In this document: piece after piece, positions 1 to 12,900 of the stretch
Numbering within the stretch: the first letter of the stretch is position 1
Layout: each line of letters opens with the position of its first letter
Translations under genes and position numbers: made by a program
Assembly: GCF_001194135.2 (NCBI RefSeq)
Contig: NC_068987.1
Coordinates: 60,758,940 to 60,814,023 of the forward strand
Origin: Octopus bimaculoides
Lineage: Eukaryota
Reading direction: 5' to 3'
Length of the DNA: 55,084 bases
The notes under the pieces: model-generated
Seen by the model: only the letters and a program-made list of their open reading frames with translations
Databases searched by the model: none
Told to the model about the DNA's origin: nothing

Positions 1-180
1 TAAAAGCACCCACTACACTCTCTGAGTGGTTGGCGTTAGGAAGGGCATCCAGCTGTAGAAACTCTGCCAAATCAGACTGGAGCCTGGTGTTGCCATCCGG
101 TTTCACCAGTCCTCAGTCAAATCGTCCAACCCATGCTAGCATGGAAAGCGGACGTTAAACGATGATGATGATGATGATGA
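1..180 (+). mobile_element. RTE-LINE 3' tail repeat (family C) ending in (GAT)n
   Basis: GGAAGGGCATCCAGCTGTAGAA...CCATGCTAGCATGGAAAGCGGACGTTAAAC(GAT)n. The same tail is joined to RTE reverse-transcriptase (RT) sequence at 23.5-24.15 kb and 53.6-54.35 kb. Confidence 0.85.
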
Positions 181-181
181 T

Positions 182-2455
182 GTGTCCATCATTTTGAATC
201 CAAGTTTTGTCCCTGTTAACGGGAGTGTCTGGATCTACCTCAATGTCATAGCAACCACCCTCTCACCACCTTGCCCAGTTTTGGGTGCCCTTCCTTCTGA
301 AGCCAACCCTCCCAATTTCCTCCTCCACCTGTCTCCTCCACATTTTCCTTAGTCTACCTCATGATTGCTGTTCATTTACCTCAAACTCTAGCACCCGCTT
401 CAGAGCATGCTCCTCAACATATACGCATACCATCGCACTTCATTCGCCCTTGCCAGCCATTTCACTGCTTCCTCCAATCGCAGCATCACCATCAAGTCCG
501 CAGTCCTCCTCTTATCAAACAGCTTTGTGCCACACATTTCTCTCACCATTGCTCTCTCAGTCCTTCTCAAAATTGCCATCTCTCTCTCTCTGTCTCAAAC
601 ACCATGTCTCACTCCCATACAGCATTGCAGCTCTCACACAACTCCTATAGAACTTTCCTTTCGTCTTCATTGATAACCTTTTCCCATATAACAACGCTCC
701 ACATTCCCTGAACTTCACCCAGCCAAGTCTCGCTCTTGCTGTCACAGCTGCTTCACATTCACCCTATGTCCCAAATAACGAAACCCTCTCACCGTCTCCA
801 CCTCATCACATAATGTTTCCACTCACTTTGCCAGCCCTCCAGTTGCTTTCTCACATCTTCCACAAACAAACTCTCTTGCCACTCTTGGGGTCACTTTCTT
901 CATTTTCATACATCTACCATGAATTCATTTCTCATATCTTGTACACAACACTGCATTTGCCTTTACCCTCCTCCCACATACATCACATGGATCCACCTTA
1001 CTCACTAACACTTCTCCTTCTACCCCACTCACCATCACCTTTGCCTTCCTGAGGTTTACCATCAAACTCTTGCTTTCAAACGCCTCCTTCCATTTCCAAA
1101 ACTTCTCTCTCAATCCCTACATCATCTCACTCATCAGAACAAGGTCATCTGCACACAGTATCTCCATTAGCAATCCCTCTCTTGCAATTTCCATCACCAC
1201 ACCAACCACTATTGCAAACAACAATGGTGACAACACAGATTCCTGATGCACACCAACTTTCACCGCAAACTCCTCCGACAGCTCTGATCCAATTCTCACT
1301 CTTGTCTTTACCCCCTCATACAAACTCATCACTGCTCTCACTATTACCTCTAGTACACCTCACTTTCTCAATGCCCACTCAATCACATTCCTTGGAACCC
1401 TATCAAATGCCTTCTTCAGATCAACAAAGCACTTGTACAACTCTTTCCCCTTATATCGGTATTCCTCCTGCAATCTTCTTACTGCATTTATTGTCTCCCT
1501 TCCTAGCATAAAACCAAATTACATCTCATCCACATCCACCCCTTTCCAAATTCTCTTCTCCAACACCCTTTCCACTATCTCCATTGCATGCTCCAATAAC
1601 TTCACTCCCCTATACACCCCACAACTCATCACATCCCCGTTCCCCTTGAAGATTGGTACCACCACACTTAGTGCCCAATTGTCTGGCATTCTTCTTCCAT
1701 CCAGCACGCCTGCGCAGAGCTCCAACATCACAACAATCCCTATCTCTCCACTTGCAGTTATCATTTCCACACTTCTGATGGACCAGCTGCCCTTCTTGTT
1801 TTCATTTCCTTCATTGCCTCCACTACTAACCCTCTCCACTGGCCCCTTCACCACAGCAACTTCCACCCTCTGATCCCATTCATTCTCCTCATTCATAATT
1901 CCCTCCATATGCTCCTTTCAAACTCTTCTCCTGTTCATCTCACTAAAATTCAACCTTCCATTACTCCCCCTCATGCATCTTCCTCCCTCAACATCTCTTC
2001 CATCATTTTTCATTGATTTAATAAACCTAAACACTCTATCTGGGTTCTCATCCAGTCCACTCAACCTCTCCTCAGCCTCCTTCCTCGTAGATCTTACAAC
2101 CACCCTCTTTGCATGACTCTTCATGTTATTATACCTGGCTTTCATTTCCTCAGTCTTATTACATAAAACTTTGTGCACTTCCTTCTTCCTCACTATTGCA
2201 TCCCTCACCTCCTTGTTCCACTACCATGTATTTCCTTGATCTCTCCTACCCTTCCTCCTCCCACACACTTCGTCACATGCCTTTAGTACCCCTTCTTCAA
2301 AAGTCCTCAACAAATCTGGTGCATCAATGCTTACCAACTCCCCGACTCTCTTCAAACCTTGCTCTTGTTTCTTCTTCCTTCAGTTTCCACACCTTTCTCC
2401 TCTCAACCGTTCCCTTTCTCACATACTTTTTAACTTTCCTTTTATCCAAGTCAGC
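182..2455 (-). mobile_element. Degenerate RTE-clade LINE (RT and C-terminal region; stops and frameshifts)
   Basis: Minus-strand fragments YRGVKLLEHAMEIVERVLEKRI, FAVKVGVHQESVLSPLLFAIV, LCADDLVL (YADD-like), RAAMLYGSETW and GRLRKMWRRQVEEE. Confidence 0.92.
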
Positions 2456-2469
2456 AACCACCAACCTGT

Positions 2470-2688
2470 GCTGCAATCAATGCCAGGCCCACCTGACTGG
2501 CTCCTGTGCTGGTGGCATGTAAAAAGCAGCCACTACGCTCTCGGAGTGGTTGGCATTAGGAAGGGCATCCAGCTGTAGAAACATTACCAGATCAGATTGG
2601 AGCCTGGTGCAGCCACTGGCTCTCCAGACCTCAGTCAAACCATTCAACCTATGCCAACATGGAAAACAGACGTTAAAAAATGATGATG
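2470..2688 (+). mobile_element. RTE 3' tail repeat (family C)
   Basis: Clear match to 1-180, with a degenerate GAT tail. Confidence 0.85.
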
Positions 2689-3199
2689 TGTTAAAACGAG
2701 ATGTCAATGTTATTTTCATTTTTGCATAATTTAGACGACAATTTATTCACCACACCCTGTATATATATTTTTATAATGTTATTACAAATTAGGGATTTTA
2801 CCAATAGAACCTCAGCTCACTATTTCAGGATAACCTTATTGTATGGAATACACATAGAAAGTTATATCCAATAAAATAGTAAAAGCAGTTAAAAAGCCTA
2901 CTATAAAGTACAATAAAGTTATTTGAAAATATATATAACTTACCTATTATTAGTCTGCAGGGAAAGAATGTATTTCTAATCAATGCTACACGTGTTTCTG
3001 TGCTGGTGGGGTGTTTATCAAGGCTATACCTAATACATAAATCCATCAGTGCATCCTCAGGATATTTATCTTATTGTTATTATTAACGGATCAAAGTTAA
3101 AATATTATTAAAAGTCATATTAAATAGAGAAATAAAAATATATAAACTACAAATATATTTTTAAAAATTAAAAAAATTAAACACCTAAATTACAATACC

Positions 3200-3242
<43 letters not shown>

Positions 3243-4137
3243 CTAAACCTAAGGAAACCCTCAACGGCTATATTATAAACACATCAAATCCTACAACCTA
3301 TCTATATAAACATTATGGGAATTAATAATTTAGTGTCAGATTTACCCCTGTCTTTACAAGTATGAATTACCATTTTTTTTTTAATGTCTAACATAGGTTA
3401 ATAGTATTTAAAAAGATTATTTTGTAAAAACTACTATATACATTATAAATTTATTGAATAAAACTAGTAAAAAAAAATCTAGTGAAAAAATTAACAAAGG
3501 AAGAATACTTATCGACATAATGTTTAGGCTGCTCCCTCTGTCATGCGCTAAGTCATGATATATATTTATCTATCTATCTAGACAATTACATGCACGTACA
3601 CTTAGCAGATGCTAGGTATCATGGTGGTGTTGTGTAATTTCAACACATTGAGCCTACAATCTGGTTCCAGTTCTGATATGTAGCCATTTCCCTTTTATCA
3701 TTAACACATGTACCTAACAAAAATAGACTGTACACTGGAGAGAAGAGAATGAGTGTAACATGTCCAGATTGCAAAATAAGAAAACAAAAAAACTGCACCC
3801 CATACAAATTAAGCACCGCATGTTGTAACATGCGATATGTTTCTCAGATAAGCAACATCATGGTATGTCTAGACTAACAGCTCTATGAATCACACCGAGT
3901 TATTGTTTGGCCAACTGTCAACTGTTTATACTGAGCTGAATTAGGATCGCATAATTCCTACACACTCAAGAAGAGTATGACTTCATAGACTCTTATTCTT
4001 CTTGTGAATATAAGATTTTGTGGTCAGCTTTATCTTTTGTTATTCTAGGGTCAATGAGATAAAGTACCAGTCAAGTTTTGCGTTTGTCAGTATTGGCTAG
4101 CCACTGTTTCTCAAAATTGCTGGTTTTCTTCCTAAAC

Positions 4138-4880
4138 CAGTGATTCCCAACCTTTTTCAGCCCAGGGACCATTTTTTACTTGAAAAAATTTCTAGGGACC
4201 ATTTCTACTTTTACTTTAGGCTGTTCTATTTTCACACTAAGATACTTAATGAAAAGGCAAAATAGTCTATTTACACTTTAAAATTTGTTTTAGCAAACCA
4301 AAGATAAAATTTTAAATTTATTTTAGTAAACAAAGATAAACACAAGATATCAAAATAATTTTTCATAAAGTCGTTCATTTTCAGTCCATTTAGCTAGTGA
4401 CTAGCTTGATATTGGTGTTTCTGACACAAGATATCATAATCAATTTTAATGAACTTATTTTAGTCTTAGTCTAATAGTTCCTCTGCTGTTGATATCTAAT
4501 TTATTTCGTTTTCTACTGAAAATAGCTACAACAGGTGGAAATGCAGATTCCACCATCCATGTGGTAGGGAAAGAAATGATGTTTGCTTCTACATGTTGAA
4601 AAATATTTGGGTGTGATTCCTTTATCGATATGTAGGCAAAGACACCTTCTTTTTCAACTCTTATTCTCAGTTTCATATTCTTTTTCAAATCCAACAACAT
4701 TTCAGCCAAATCAAAATTTTCATCTCCTGGCTCATAATTTTCTAAGTCTACAAACTAGTGGATAATCCATCTTTAATAAATTATTGTATCTTCTCTCAAA
4801 TTCTACATGAAGACCTTCAAGATGGGTAATGCATGCAGCAATGCATTCCGATGTAGGGACAATGGTGTTAACATATTGAA
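4138..4880 (-). mobile_element. hAT (Buster/Charlie, SCAND3/FAM200-like) transposon 3' end with transposase remnant
   Basis: TIR CAGTGATTCCCAACC at 4138, preceded by the 8-mer TCCTAAAC with central TA. Minus strand reads HLEGLHVEFERRY...ISFPTTWMVESAFPPVVAIFSRKRNKLDINSRGTIRLRL (hAT C-terminal dimerization motif). The other end was not found. Confidence 0.85.
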
Positions 4881-5131
4881 ATGATGCCAAATTTCTTTTT
4901 TCAAACTGTTTTTTCTAAAATTTCAAATCCTTCTAAGGTTAACATCATTCATTGTCCTTCCAGGTTTGATAGAATAAATGCCAGTCAAATACTGTGGCCA
5001 ATATTATTGGACTGTTCCCTCCCAACAAAAAAATTTAGGAATTTTAGAATGAATGTCTTAAATCATCATTCCTATTATTGAAGTTGTTTATTTGATTGAG
5101 ATTTAATAATTTTGACTTTTTCTTTTTCCAG

Positions 5132-5231
5132 GCTTTGGTATTCCCTCAACACTTGTATGAAACAGCTTTCGAAGCAGTTGAAGGACAATGTCTTACTCTC
5201 CCTGTGAGGTTCTATGGCGCAGCTTTACTAA
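5132..5231 (+). CDS. TP53I11: TP53I11/PIG11-like membrane protein, internal coding exon (phase 0 to 1)
   Basis: Acceptor TTTTTCTTTTTCCAG and donor GTAAGC. Translates ALVFPQHLYETAFEAVEGQCLTLPVRFYGAALL(S), which resembles the human TP53I11 segment [33 protein letters not shown] as recalled from memory. Too short to appear in the ORF track. Confidence 0.9.
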
Positions 5232-5243
5232 GTAAGCACTCTG

Positions 5244-5430
5244 TTTATTATTAATATTATTATGGTCTGGCTCAAGTTCAGTCTTATTCCTGATAGGATT
5301 TATGTGGGTAGCAGGTTACTACTTGTAACCTTAAATATCCACAAGTTTTCAGTTGTCTTTCAAATGCTTAGGACCCTCCTGATAATCCTTGCTGTCCCTA
5401 GGAGATTAACTTTCTGTAGGAGCTTATCAT
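5244..5430 (-). mobile_element. 3' end of an RLE-type (R4/Dong/HERO-like) non-LTR element
   Basis: Minus strand DKLLQKVNLLGTARIIRRVLSI* is a typical RLE-LINE C-terminus, followed by a short UTR and a (TAA)n-like tail. Confidence 0.7.
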
Positions 5431-5449
5431 TTTTATTATTATTATTATT

Positions 5450-6196
5450 AAGGTGATGAGCTGGCAGAATTGTTAGCACACCAGGCAAAATGCTTAGCGG
5501 CATTTCTTCCACCTGTACATTCTGAGTCAAGGTCAACTTCATCTTTCATCCTTTCGGGGTCAATAAATTAAGTACCAGTTGAACAGTGGGGTCATTGTAA
5601 TCGACTAGTCTCCTCCCTTGAAATTTCAGGCCTTGTGTCTTTAGTAGAAAGGATTATTATTAATATTAATATTCTGCTGAGGTTGATAAGCTCCCTCCCA
5701 CAAATTTCAGGTTTTGTGATTATAGTAGAAAGAATTATTATTATTATTAAAGGCAGCAAGCTGACAGAATTGTTGGCTCAGTGGGAAAATTGCTTAGTGG
5801 CATTTTGTCCGTCTTCATATTCTAAGTTCAAATTCCAGTGAAGTCGACTTTGCCTTTCATCCTTTTGGGAATGGTAAAATAAATATCAGTTAAACACTGG
5901 GGTTGATGCAATTGACTTTCCCTCCTCCCCTAATACTTCTGCCCTTGTGCCAAAATTTAAAACCAGTATTATTAAGGTGGTGAACTGGCAGAATTGTCAG
6001 TATACTGTGTGTAATGTTTAGCAGTATTTCACCCATCTTTTCATTCTGAGAGCAAATTCCACTGGGGTCAACTTTACCTTTCATCCTTTTGGGGTTGATA
6101 AGTACCAGTTGAACACTGGGTCAATTTTAATCAACCTAGCCAATTACCCAAACTTGCTGGCCTTGTGCCAGAATTTGAAACCATCATTATTATTAT
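5450..6196 (+). mobile_element. Three head-to-tail copies of tRNA-headed SINE family A
   Basis: Each copy has an A-box-like TGGCAGAATTG, B-box-like GAGTTCAAATT, core GACTTTGCCTTTCATCCTTT.GGGGTC.ATAA..AAGTACCAG and an (ATT)n tail. Confidence 0.85.
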
Positions 6197-6479
6197 TTCT
6201 TATTCATTTAGAGGCTAAACAATTTTAAGTAAATGGTTTCAGATACTCAATCATTGCTCAACAAAGGTCACAACTTGTCAAGTAGCCTATAATAAAAGAG
6301 GTTTTTCTTAAATTGTCATGTTTTAACATAGGGCAATGGTAACCCTAAGAAAAAATTTTTCCATGCCACTGTACAATCAGTATTATTCTACAGGGTCACT
6401 CATACTGTTAGTACAGGTTTACTGCTTTCACATTCGCTAAACATCTGGCCTTGTACCAACATCATCATCTTTATCATAT

Positions 6480-6699
6480 TTAATCCTTTTGTATTTAAAC
6501 CAACCATATCTGGCTCAAATATTCTTCTTGTTTTATGCTCAGCTAGCTAGATCTGGATTCTCTTCTATTATGTCATTTTAAAAATAAACAATAATTTCAT
6601 CAAAATCTCTAAGCTACAAGATAATGCATGATTAATTTAAAACAGTGTGAATGAATAGGTATTACATTTGACAGAAAAACCTGATCACTAAAAGGTTAA
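6480..6699. mobile_element. piggyBac-like TTAA MITE, family 1
   Basis: Degenerate TTAA-CCCTTTAGCATT ... AATGCTAAAGGG-TTAA ends. Other copies at about 12938-13165, 25670-25893, 26003-26157, 28862-29077, 33352-33530 and 43603-43830. Confidence 0.65.
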
Positions 6700-7000
6700 C
6701 ATCTGTGTTCCATGCTGGCATGAATTGGACTGTCTGACAGGATTTGATTGGTCCAAGGCCTGCACTGTGCTCCATTGTCTGCTTTGGCATGGTTTATATG
6801 GTTGGATGTTCTTTCTAACACCAACCACTTTACAGTATGTGCTGGGTTCTTTTTACATGTCACCAGCACTAGTGAAGTTGCCATGCAGCTTGCAAACTAT
6901 GGACCATGCGGGAAGTTTGAGCTAAAGTAGGAGAGATGGGTGGGAGTAGAACATGTTCTTGTAGAAGAGCTACATAGTTACTCACATTTAGTAGGGGAAG
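6696..7000 (-). mobile_element. Family C (RTE tail) copy
   Basis: Reverse complement of the 1-180 consensus. Confidence 0.7.
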
Positions 7001-7454
7001 GAGAGAATGATCAGTAGGAGCTATGAAAAGATATTGATGAGGTGTCCAGGTGGCTGCTTAATGTAGGAAGTGAGTTGATGGCACAGTGCTGTGAATTATC
7101 ATCATCTATTTGTTTACTTTAGCTGTCAGTAACAAAATGAAATAAAGAAGACATCTGCTGTTAAACAATACTAGGAAAATATGAAATGAAATATTTTTGC
7201 TATCAAAGAAATAGAAACCAAAAGTCATGTAATCTCATAGTTATCATGATGAATATTATGATTGAACTATCAGAAATGATACAGTATCAAACTAAATGTT
7301 TTACTTTGGCTATGCGGTTAAAAAGTTCACTTCCTCAGTCATGGTTTCAGGTTCAGTTCTCACTGCGTGACACCTTGAGCAAATATATTCTACTACTATA
7401 CCCACAAGCCAACCAGTTTGTGAGATGGAACTCAAGACCTCTACATTCATTTGC

Positions 7455-7800
7455 ATATCATAATCATCATCATCATTGTTTAACGTCCACCTTCCATGCT
7501 GGCATGGGTTGGATGATTTGACAGGAGCTGGCCAGGCAGGAACCTACACCAGACTTCTGTGTCTATTTTGGCACAGATTTTACAGCTGGATGCCCTTCTT
7601 AAGACCAATGACCCATCAGAGTGGACGGAGTGTTTTTTACATGGCACAAGCACCGGAGAGGTCAGTTTTTTACAGCTGGATGCCCTTCCAAATGCCAACC
7701 ACTTAACAGTGTGGACTGGATATTTTTTGCATGATACCAACACTAGCAGGGTCACCAAGTAACTTGCAAGACAAAGATCCTTTGAAAGGAAAGGGGCATT
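7455..7800 (-). mobile_element. Family C (RTE tail) copy with internally duplicated TACAGCTGGATGCCCTTC module
   Basis: (CAT)n head on the plus strand and the module present twice (about 7580 and 7670). The same layout occurs at 46.6-46.83 kb. Confidence 0.75.
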
Positions 7801-8645
7801 GGAGAAGGAAGATAACGATCCTTTGAGCAGAGTGTATTCAACATCACTCTGTTTATTTGACCTTTTGACCCGAAACAATTATGTACAACACAATTGTTAT
7901 TATGATGCCTGCTATATATATAAAATAGTGCAATACAAGAGTATTGTTTTCCAGTAAAATAAAGCACCATATGTTTAAAATATAAATATAGAATGGTAGT
8001 ACAACAATGCACCAATTTTTAATGGAAATAGCTGTTGATAATATACAATGCTATAATAAAGCTTCACTGTATATACTGGCAAAGATGTGTGCGGGCGGCG
8101 AACATAAGAAATTTCATCTTACCTGTAGGAAGAACATATCAGATAAATGTCCAACCCAGATGTGCATATTGTTGTACCTAGGTTTCAAACTCTTCAAGTT
8201 ATGATTGTTAATGTAAACTTGATTAGTTCTTGATTTACCAGAACAAAATTACAAAAAAAATATTTAAAATAGTGCAATACAAGAATATTGTTTTTCAGTA
8301 AAATAAAGCACCATATGGTTAAGGTATAAATATAAATATAGAATAATGGTGGTACAACAATGCACTAATATTGTTTGGTTTCAGGTTCGATTCCATTATA
8401 ACCCCAAGCCAATCAAAGCCTTATAAGTGTTCTGGTGGACAGAAATTAAAAGAAACCTATTTGGTGTGTGTGTATATATTTGTGTCTCCTTGTCTTGACA
8501 TTGCATGATACATGCAAATGATGCAAGCAGTGTCATTTGTTTCCTGTATTCTGAGTTATCATGTCTGGCGATGGAAAAATATTACCTTGCTGGCCTTGAG
8601 CCAAAATTTGAAACTATTATTATTAGTAGTAGTAGAAGTAGTAGT

Positions 8646-11120
8646 CCTGATGGAATGCACATGTTTGTCCACTTGAAGGTTTTTGCTCTGAATTTTGGTT
8701 TCCAAAAGTTGTTAATTACTTATTTTATTTCTAGACGTTTAACCAAAACACCTTTGTATTGGTTGGCTGTTTTGGGTTGTTAGTGCCCCTTTGGGAACTG
8801 TAATCTCAACATAATTTTTTCAAATCTAATTAAAAAAAAAAAGCATGGTGAAGCCAGGCTTGTTGAAAGACATAGAAAAGGAAGTGAGACATGCTTCACA
8901 TAGAGAGGTGCAAGATGCCGTAATGCCCTCCGCCTACTACCCACAAATAGGAGAGATTGAGCACGCAGCAGGTTCAAATTCGCACGCAAAAAATTGCCAA
9001 GTTGTCAATCAAAAATAATAGTAGCAACAAATTCAGCGACATAAGAAACTATGAAGCTGAATTCCCTCTAATCCAATGGAATATTCCAACACAAAAGACA
9101 GCTCATAACATCAGTATCACAACTATAACCAACTCTGTTGCTGCTACCACTACAAATAAACTAAAGACAGCATATAGTAACAGTATCACGACAACAACTG
9201 ACTCTGCCTCCACTACAACAAATAACATCATAATAAATGGCAAAAATTCATTCACTGTAATGGCAGCCAAGGACAAGGAATTTTTTGGCATGGATTTGCT
9301 TCAGAAAGACATGTGTCTAGCTGAGGCAGCTAAATTAATAAGACTTGAGAAAGCTTGAGCGAATATTGCTATCCCCACCGAGGTCTCAGTAGAAACAAAG
9401 AAGAACACTTTGTTGTATATATGCATCTCTGTAAACATGAAGCAGCCAGAGATGGCGAGTCTGGTAGATGTGGAAAAAGCACTGAAAGAAATAATGCTGG
9501 ACATTCTGTGTATTTTGAGGGCAAAACAGTTTGCAGGCATTTCAGTACTCTTTAAATCTGAAGCTCTGGCAGCCAAACACTGTGGTTCCCTGCTGGAGTG
9601 AAAAATATGTGCTCCAAGGACTGGTTAAATTACTTGGGGTCTGGTTTGGACCAGACCTCCAGGTAGACAAGAACTCGGGGGAGGTGACAAGCAGGGTAGC
9701 TAATCTCACCCAGAAATGGGCAGAGAGAAAGCTGCTCCTGAAAGGTCAGGCAGAGGTGGCGAATGTGTACATCGCTTCCGTCATGTATTATCGCCTGACT
9801 GTTGTCTTTCCTCTGCATCATGGCTGAGCAAGCTGGAGCGCTTGCTCTTCTGCTTTCTGTGGAAAGGACATGTTCTGCTCATCAAATGATCCATCTGTTG
9901 TCAACAGTTACTGAGTGAAGGGCTGGGCATGCCATGGCTAATGTTGTGCAGACACACACTGAGGCTGCAACATCTCCAGCACTTTCTTAACAGTGAACAG
10001 GTGTGGTCGCTGTTTGTCAAGCAGGATTTTCCACATCTCATTGACAGAGCTACAGTCCTGGATCAAGCATAGATCAAGAAAGGGTGTCTGGCACCTGGTG
10101 TATTGGCAAGCACTCACAGCTTTCTGCCAGTTGGGCAACACGGTCAGTAAAATTCTACTATGGAGTTCTATAAGGGATTAGTGGCGAGCAAGAGCGACGA
10201 TGTTCTCTGGGAAACTCTGGGCGTCAGTATGGATCAGTTAACTGGTCTTCTCCAGAGGTCTTTTGGGCCAAGACCTATGGATAACTAACAGAAATCCCTG
10301 GCCTGGCAGTGCTACCTGGGTATTCTGCCAGTTTGAGACAAGCTCTACAGACACAGAGGTGCTGTCAGACAGACCTATCTGAGGTGTGTGCAAGGCGACG
10401 AAACATTCCTGCGCATGTCCCATGTCTGTGGATTACTAATTTGTGGAGCTTTGTCGAACAGCTGTTACATGTAGGATGAATCCGGTTATCAGTCAAATTC
10501 ATCATGATGATCGCCCCACCACCTTCCTTTGGCTGGGAAGGAGAGGCAGTTTTTCTCTGTCTGGTAGCGAAGGAGGTAGTGTGGTGGACGAGATTGAAAG
10601 GACTGAAGACAGGTACTTTCCTCCTCATTGACTTTTTGAAGTTCCACTTGAAAAAGAAAGTGAGAGTAGATAGGGAAGTTCTCNNNNNNNNNNNNNNNNN
10701 NNNNNNNNNNNNNNNNNNNNNNNNNNNNNNNNNNNNNNNNNNNNNNNNNNNNNNNNNNNNNNNNNNNNNNNNNNNNNNNNNNNNNNNNNNNNNNNNNNNN
10801 NNNNNNNNNNNNNNNNNGGGTGCATGTGGCGAGGATGTGCCATGTGAATGGGCCTACTCTGAACTGAATCATTTGTAAACCAGAGGAGAGAGGCGCCTGC
10901 TGAAGTGCATCTGGTGATTGGGATAACCAAAATGTATGGGGTTCCTTGGTTGTCCCTGTGAGGAACTCCCACCTTTTGGGGTATTTTATTCTTTAATTGT
11001 ATAGTTAGTTGTCATTGTTATTTTATTGTTTACTCAATTTTTGTGTTAAACCCCACATGTCCCCAGTTTTGTTTTCTCCCTATTTGTTTTGTATTCAGCC
11101 CCTGTGACTAATAAAGAAAC
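8646..11120 (+). mobile_element. Internally deleted Tx1/L1-clade LINE (ORF1 5' part joined to the ORF2 C-terminus and 3' UTR)
   Basis: From 9610: VKLLGVWFGPDLQVDK...KWAERKLLLKGQAEVANVYIAS, LERLLFCFLWKG, GLGMPWL and WQCYLGILPV*DKLYRH (late RT / zf-RVT, L1-Tx1 type). Ends CAGCCCCTGTGACTAATAAAGAAAC. The 8845-9600 ORF1 assignment is positional. Confidence 0.75.
10684..10817. other. Assembly gap (N run); other gaps at 17366-17612, 36043-36052 and 52764-53522
   Basis: Runs of N, mostly inside repeats or next to microsatellites. Confidence 0.99.
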
Positions 11121-11137
11121 AATTATTATCAATATTA

Positions 11138-11500
11138 AAAGCAGCAAGCTGGCAGAATTGTTAGCATACTGAGCAAAATGCTTAGTGGTATTTCGTCTGC
11201 CACTATGTTTTGAGTTCAAATTCCACTGAGGTCATCTTTGCCTTTCAACCTTTCAGAGTCGATGAAATAAGTACCAGTTACGCACTGAGGCTGATGTAAT
11301 CAACTTCCCCCAAAATTTTCAAGGCCCTGTGCCTGGAGTAGAAATAATTGTTATCAATATTCCACTGAGGTCAACTTCACCTTTCATTTTTTCAAGATCA
11401 ATAAAATAAGGACCAGTTGAGCAGTGTTAGGCGTTATTATAATCAACTGGACCCCAATCCCTCAAAATTTCAGATCTTGAGCCTATAGAAAAATGCAACA
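11138..11500 (+). mobile_element. SINE family A, one full and one partial copy
   Basis: Same head and core as 5450-6196; directly follows the Tx1 tail. Confidence 0.8.
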
Positions 11501-11650
11501 TTATTAAGGCACTTCTGTTCTGGAGTAAATTGATATTGTATAAAGTTTGGTAATAAAGTCTTTTCATTGTGATTACTTTAATGATTTTTCGTTGTTAATT
11601 TTTTTTGAAACTTTCTGCTGTATATCCCTTTTTATTTATCTATTTTATAG

Positions 11651-11752
11651 GTTTATCCTGGCTTTTCTGGAGTACGCTTCATGCTATTGATCGAGATGTG
11701 ATCAAGACAGCCCTTATCACCAGCATCCTCTATTTCTTTGCTCATGTCCTTG
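11651..11752 (+). CDS. TP53I11: TP53I11-like coding exon (102 nt, phase 1 to 1)
   Basis: Acceptor TATTTTATAG and donor GTAAGA. Translates (S)LSWLFWSTLHAIDRDVIKTALITSILYFFAHVL(V), resembling human [35 protein letters not shown] (recalled). In frame with the previous exon. Confidence 0.92.
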
Positions 11753-12514
11753 GTAAGACAGTAGATAGATCTAAGACCACTCATTTCTGTCGATCTTAGA
11801 TTTTAGTTATTATTCTAATCATATATTTGTTAAAGCTTTTTTTTTTTTTTCTTTTGGAAATTCTTTCATTGAATTTATTAGGAATTAATATGTATATTTT
11901 TTTTTTAATTCTGTATTGTAAAAAATTTTTGCCGCACAGAGAAATTCTTCAAAAAAGAAATTATATATCTATCATATTTTCTGGTAAACAAGTCGACTTT
12001 TTCAGATCAAAATTTGCAGCCAAAGAAAGGTAGGTCGACTTGTATAGCAAGACAGTTTTGGAGGATCAAAAATTCCATGTGAAATACAGCAGGATTTGAA
12101 AAGAGAGTGAAGATGTTTAAATGTTTGCACCACATGTTTACACTATATACTATGATTTGTATGTCAGAAAATAGGGTTATTATTTAATTTTATATCCATA
12201 TACCTGTAAGATCATCATCAAAAAATCTAATACTTCTGATTGTTGATGGTAGATCTTCAAGATAACCAATACAGAACATATTAAAATGGATCTCATTTAC
12301 TCACTCCCTCTCTCATCTGATCCATAGAAGGCCTTGACTGGAGAAATATAAACTAATTCTGTTGTTCTCACACTGTTTACAATAGTTTTCCTCAAAAATG
12401 TATGGTATCACCCACTGGATTAGCAGGAAATATGAGAACTGAGGACAAAGAGTGCAATAGAGAGGAGTAATAGATGCATTTGTACAGTAATTTTTTAGCC
12501 TTTGTCTTTTCTTT

Positions 12515-12900
12515 AAATCTTTTATCTTGTTTCAGTCATTAGACTGCAGCTATGCTGGGCCACTGCTTTGAAGAATTTTAGTTGGACATGTCAACCACAG
12601 TACTTTTTTATTTTCTTTAAAGCCTGGTACTTACTCTATCAATCTATTTTGCTGAACTGCTAGGTTATGGAGATTGGGGATATAAGCACACCAACATCAG
12701 TTGTCAAGCAGTGATGGAGAACAAACACAAAGATGCACACGCATACAACAGGCTTCTTTCTGTTTCCATCTACCACTCAGAAGAAGGCTCTGGTCAGCCC
12801 CAGGTTATAGTAGAAGACACTTGCCCAAGCTGCAGTACAGTGGGACTGAACCCTAAACTGGTTGGGAAGCAGTCTTCTCATCACACAGTCTTGTCTGTGC
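12515..12900 (-). mobile_element. SINE family B copy
   Basis: Reverse complement of the 13882-14296 consensus. Confidence 0.75.

Noticed and set aside
2944-2954. Minus-strand 11-nt micro-exon (TTTCCCTGCAG|ACTAATAATAG|GTAAGT)
   Set aside because: The splice signals are good, but no recognisable gene joins it to other minus-strand candidates; such pairs are expected by chance in 55 kb.
2700-3500. Mitochondrial insertion (NUMT) in a very AT-rich stretch
   Set aside because: There are brief resemblances to 16S primer sites, but no sustained match to rRNA or to mitochondrial protein frames.
3814-3862. Missing upstream TP53I11 exon (ends ATC ATG|GTATGT, i.e. ..IM, as in human GIAIM)
   Set aside because: The 49-nt version has an A-rich acceptor and translates TACCNMRYVSQISNIM, unlike the expected TM helix. 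A 15-nt micro-exon (3848-3862) cannot be excluded but has no support.
5244-6196. RLE-type LINE as the partner of the adjacent SINE A1 train
   Set aside because: The LINE's sense tail is (TAA)n whereas the SINE's is (ATT)n, and I see no shared 3' sequence.
12305-12337. Minus-strand 33-nt exon candidate (KAFYGSDERG; TTTCTCCAG / GTGAGT)
   Set aside because: It is isolated, has no homology I recognise and has no coherent antisense gene model.
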